Part shown: one piece after another, positions 26,540 to 26,609 of the stretch | Layout: every line of letters starts with the position of its first letter | Position numbering within the stretch: position 1 is the stretch's first letter | DNA from: a virus | Lineage: Duplodnaviria; Heunggongvirae; Uroviricota; Caudoviricetes | Reading direction: 5' to 3' (one strand) | DNA length: 26,609 nt | IMG/VR virus record: IMGVR_UViG_2648501334_000005 | The notes under the pieces: generated by a model | What the model was told of the DNA's origin: nothing | The model's database searches: none | Seen by the model: the letters and a program-made list of their open reading frames with translations, nothing else | Translations under genes and position numbers: made by a program

Positions 26540-26609
26540 TTCTAAAGATCAGCACATAATCCCCCATTATACGCGCGTATAATGGGGGATTATGTGCTGA
26601 TCTTTAGAA
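26540..26609. other. telRL: Telomere resolution site (telRL / tos core): perfect 70-bp palindrome centred on ACGCGCGT
   Basis: 26540-26609 is a perfect inverted repeat, checked base by base, with centre between 26574 and 26575. Core CCATTATACGCGCGTATAATGG matches the N15 telO palindrome as I recall it. It reaches the final base of the window. Confidence 0.9.

Overview
This window is one contiguous piece of an N15-type linear plasmid-prophage (telomere phage), in the cos-joined plasmid-prophage arrangement, carrying a packaging/head module that is essentially phage lambda. All homology calls are from reading the translations and recalling lambda/N15/F sequences; no database search was run. Left to right: lambda-like D (partial), C/Nu3, B, W, A and Nu1 on the minus strand (1-5688); a cos site at about 5700-5880 whose cosB is lambda-like but whose cosN core differs; an AT-rich two-gene cassette (286-aa soluble protein plus 149-aa two-TM protein, 6237-7671) bracketed by ~170-bp direct repeats; a DUF4406-like gene; a lysis cassette of pinholin-like S, SAR endolysin R and Rz/Rz1 (8305-9508); a DNA methyltransferase; a tR'-like terminator; a long minus-strand block of small accessory genes (10948-17136) interrupted by a plus-strand HigB/HigA-like toxin-antitoxin pair and containing a DEDDh exonuclease, a Lar-like ORF and a putative Q-like gene; a cro-like/cB-like immunity switch with two palindromic operators (17126-18035); a 1331-aa RepA primase-helicase (18281-22276); small membrane/secreted ORFs; a P1 immI-like anti-immunity locus (candidate c4-like sRNA, icd-like ORF, truncated ant fragment; 23560-24436); protelomerase TelN (24482-26383) and a perfect 70-bp telomere-resolution palindrome that runs to the last base of the window. 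Five copies of an 18-bp palindrome resembling the F-plasmid sopC core are dispersed across the window and are candidate partition centromeres. No integrase, tRNA, rRNA or CRISPR array was seen. The most likely undescribed system is the AT-rich two-gene cassette next to cos.
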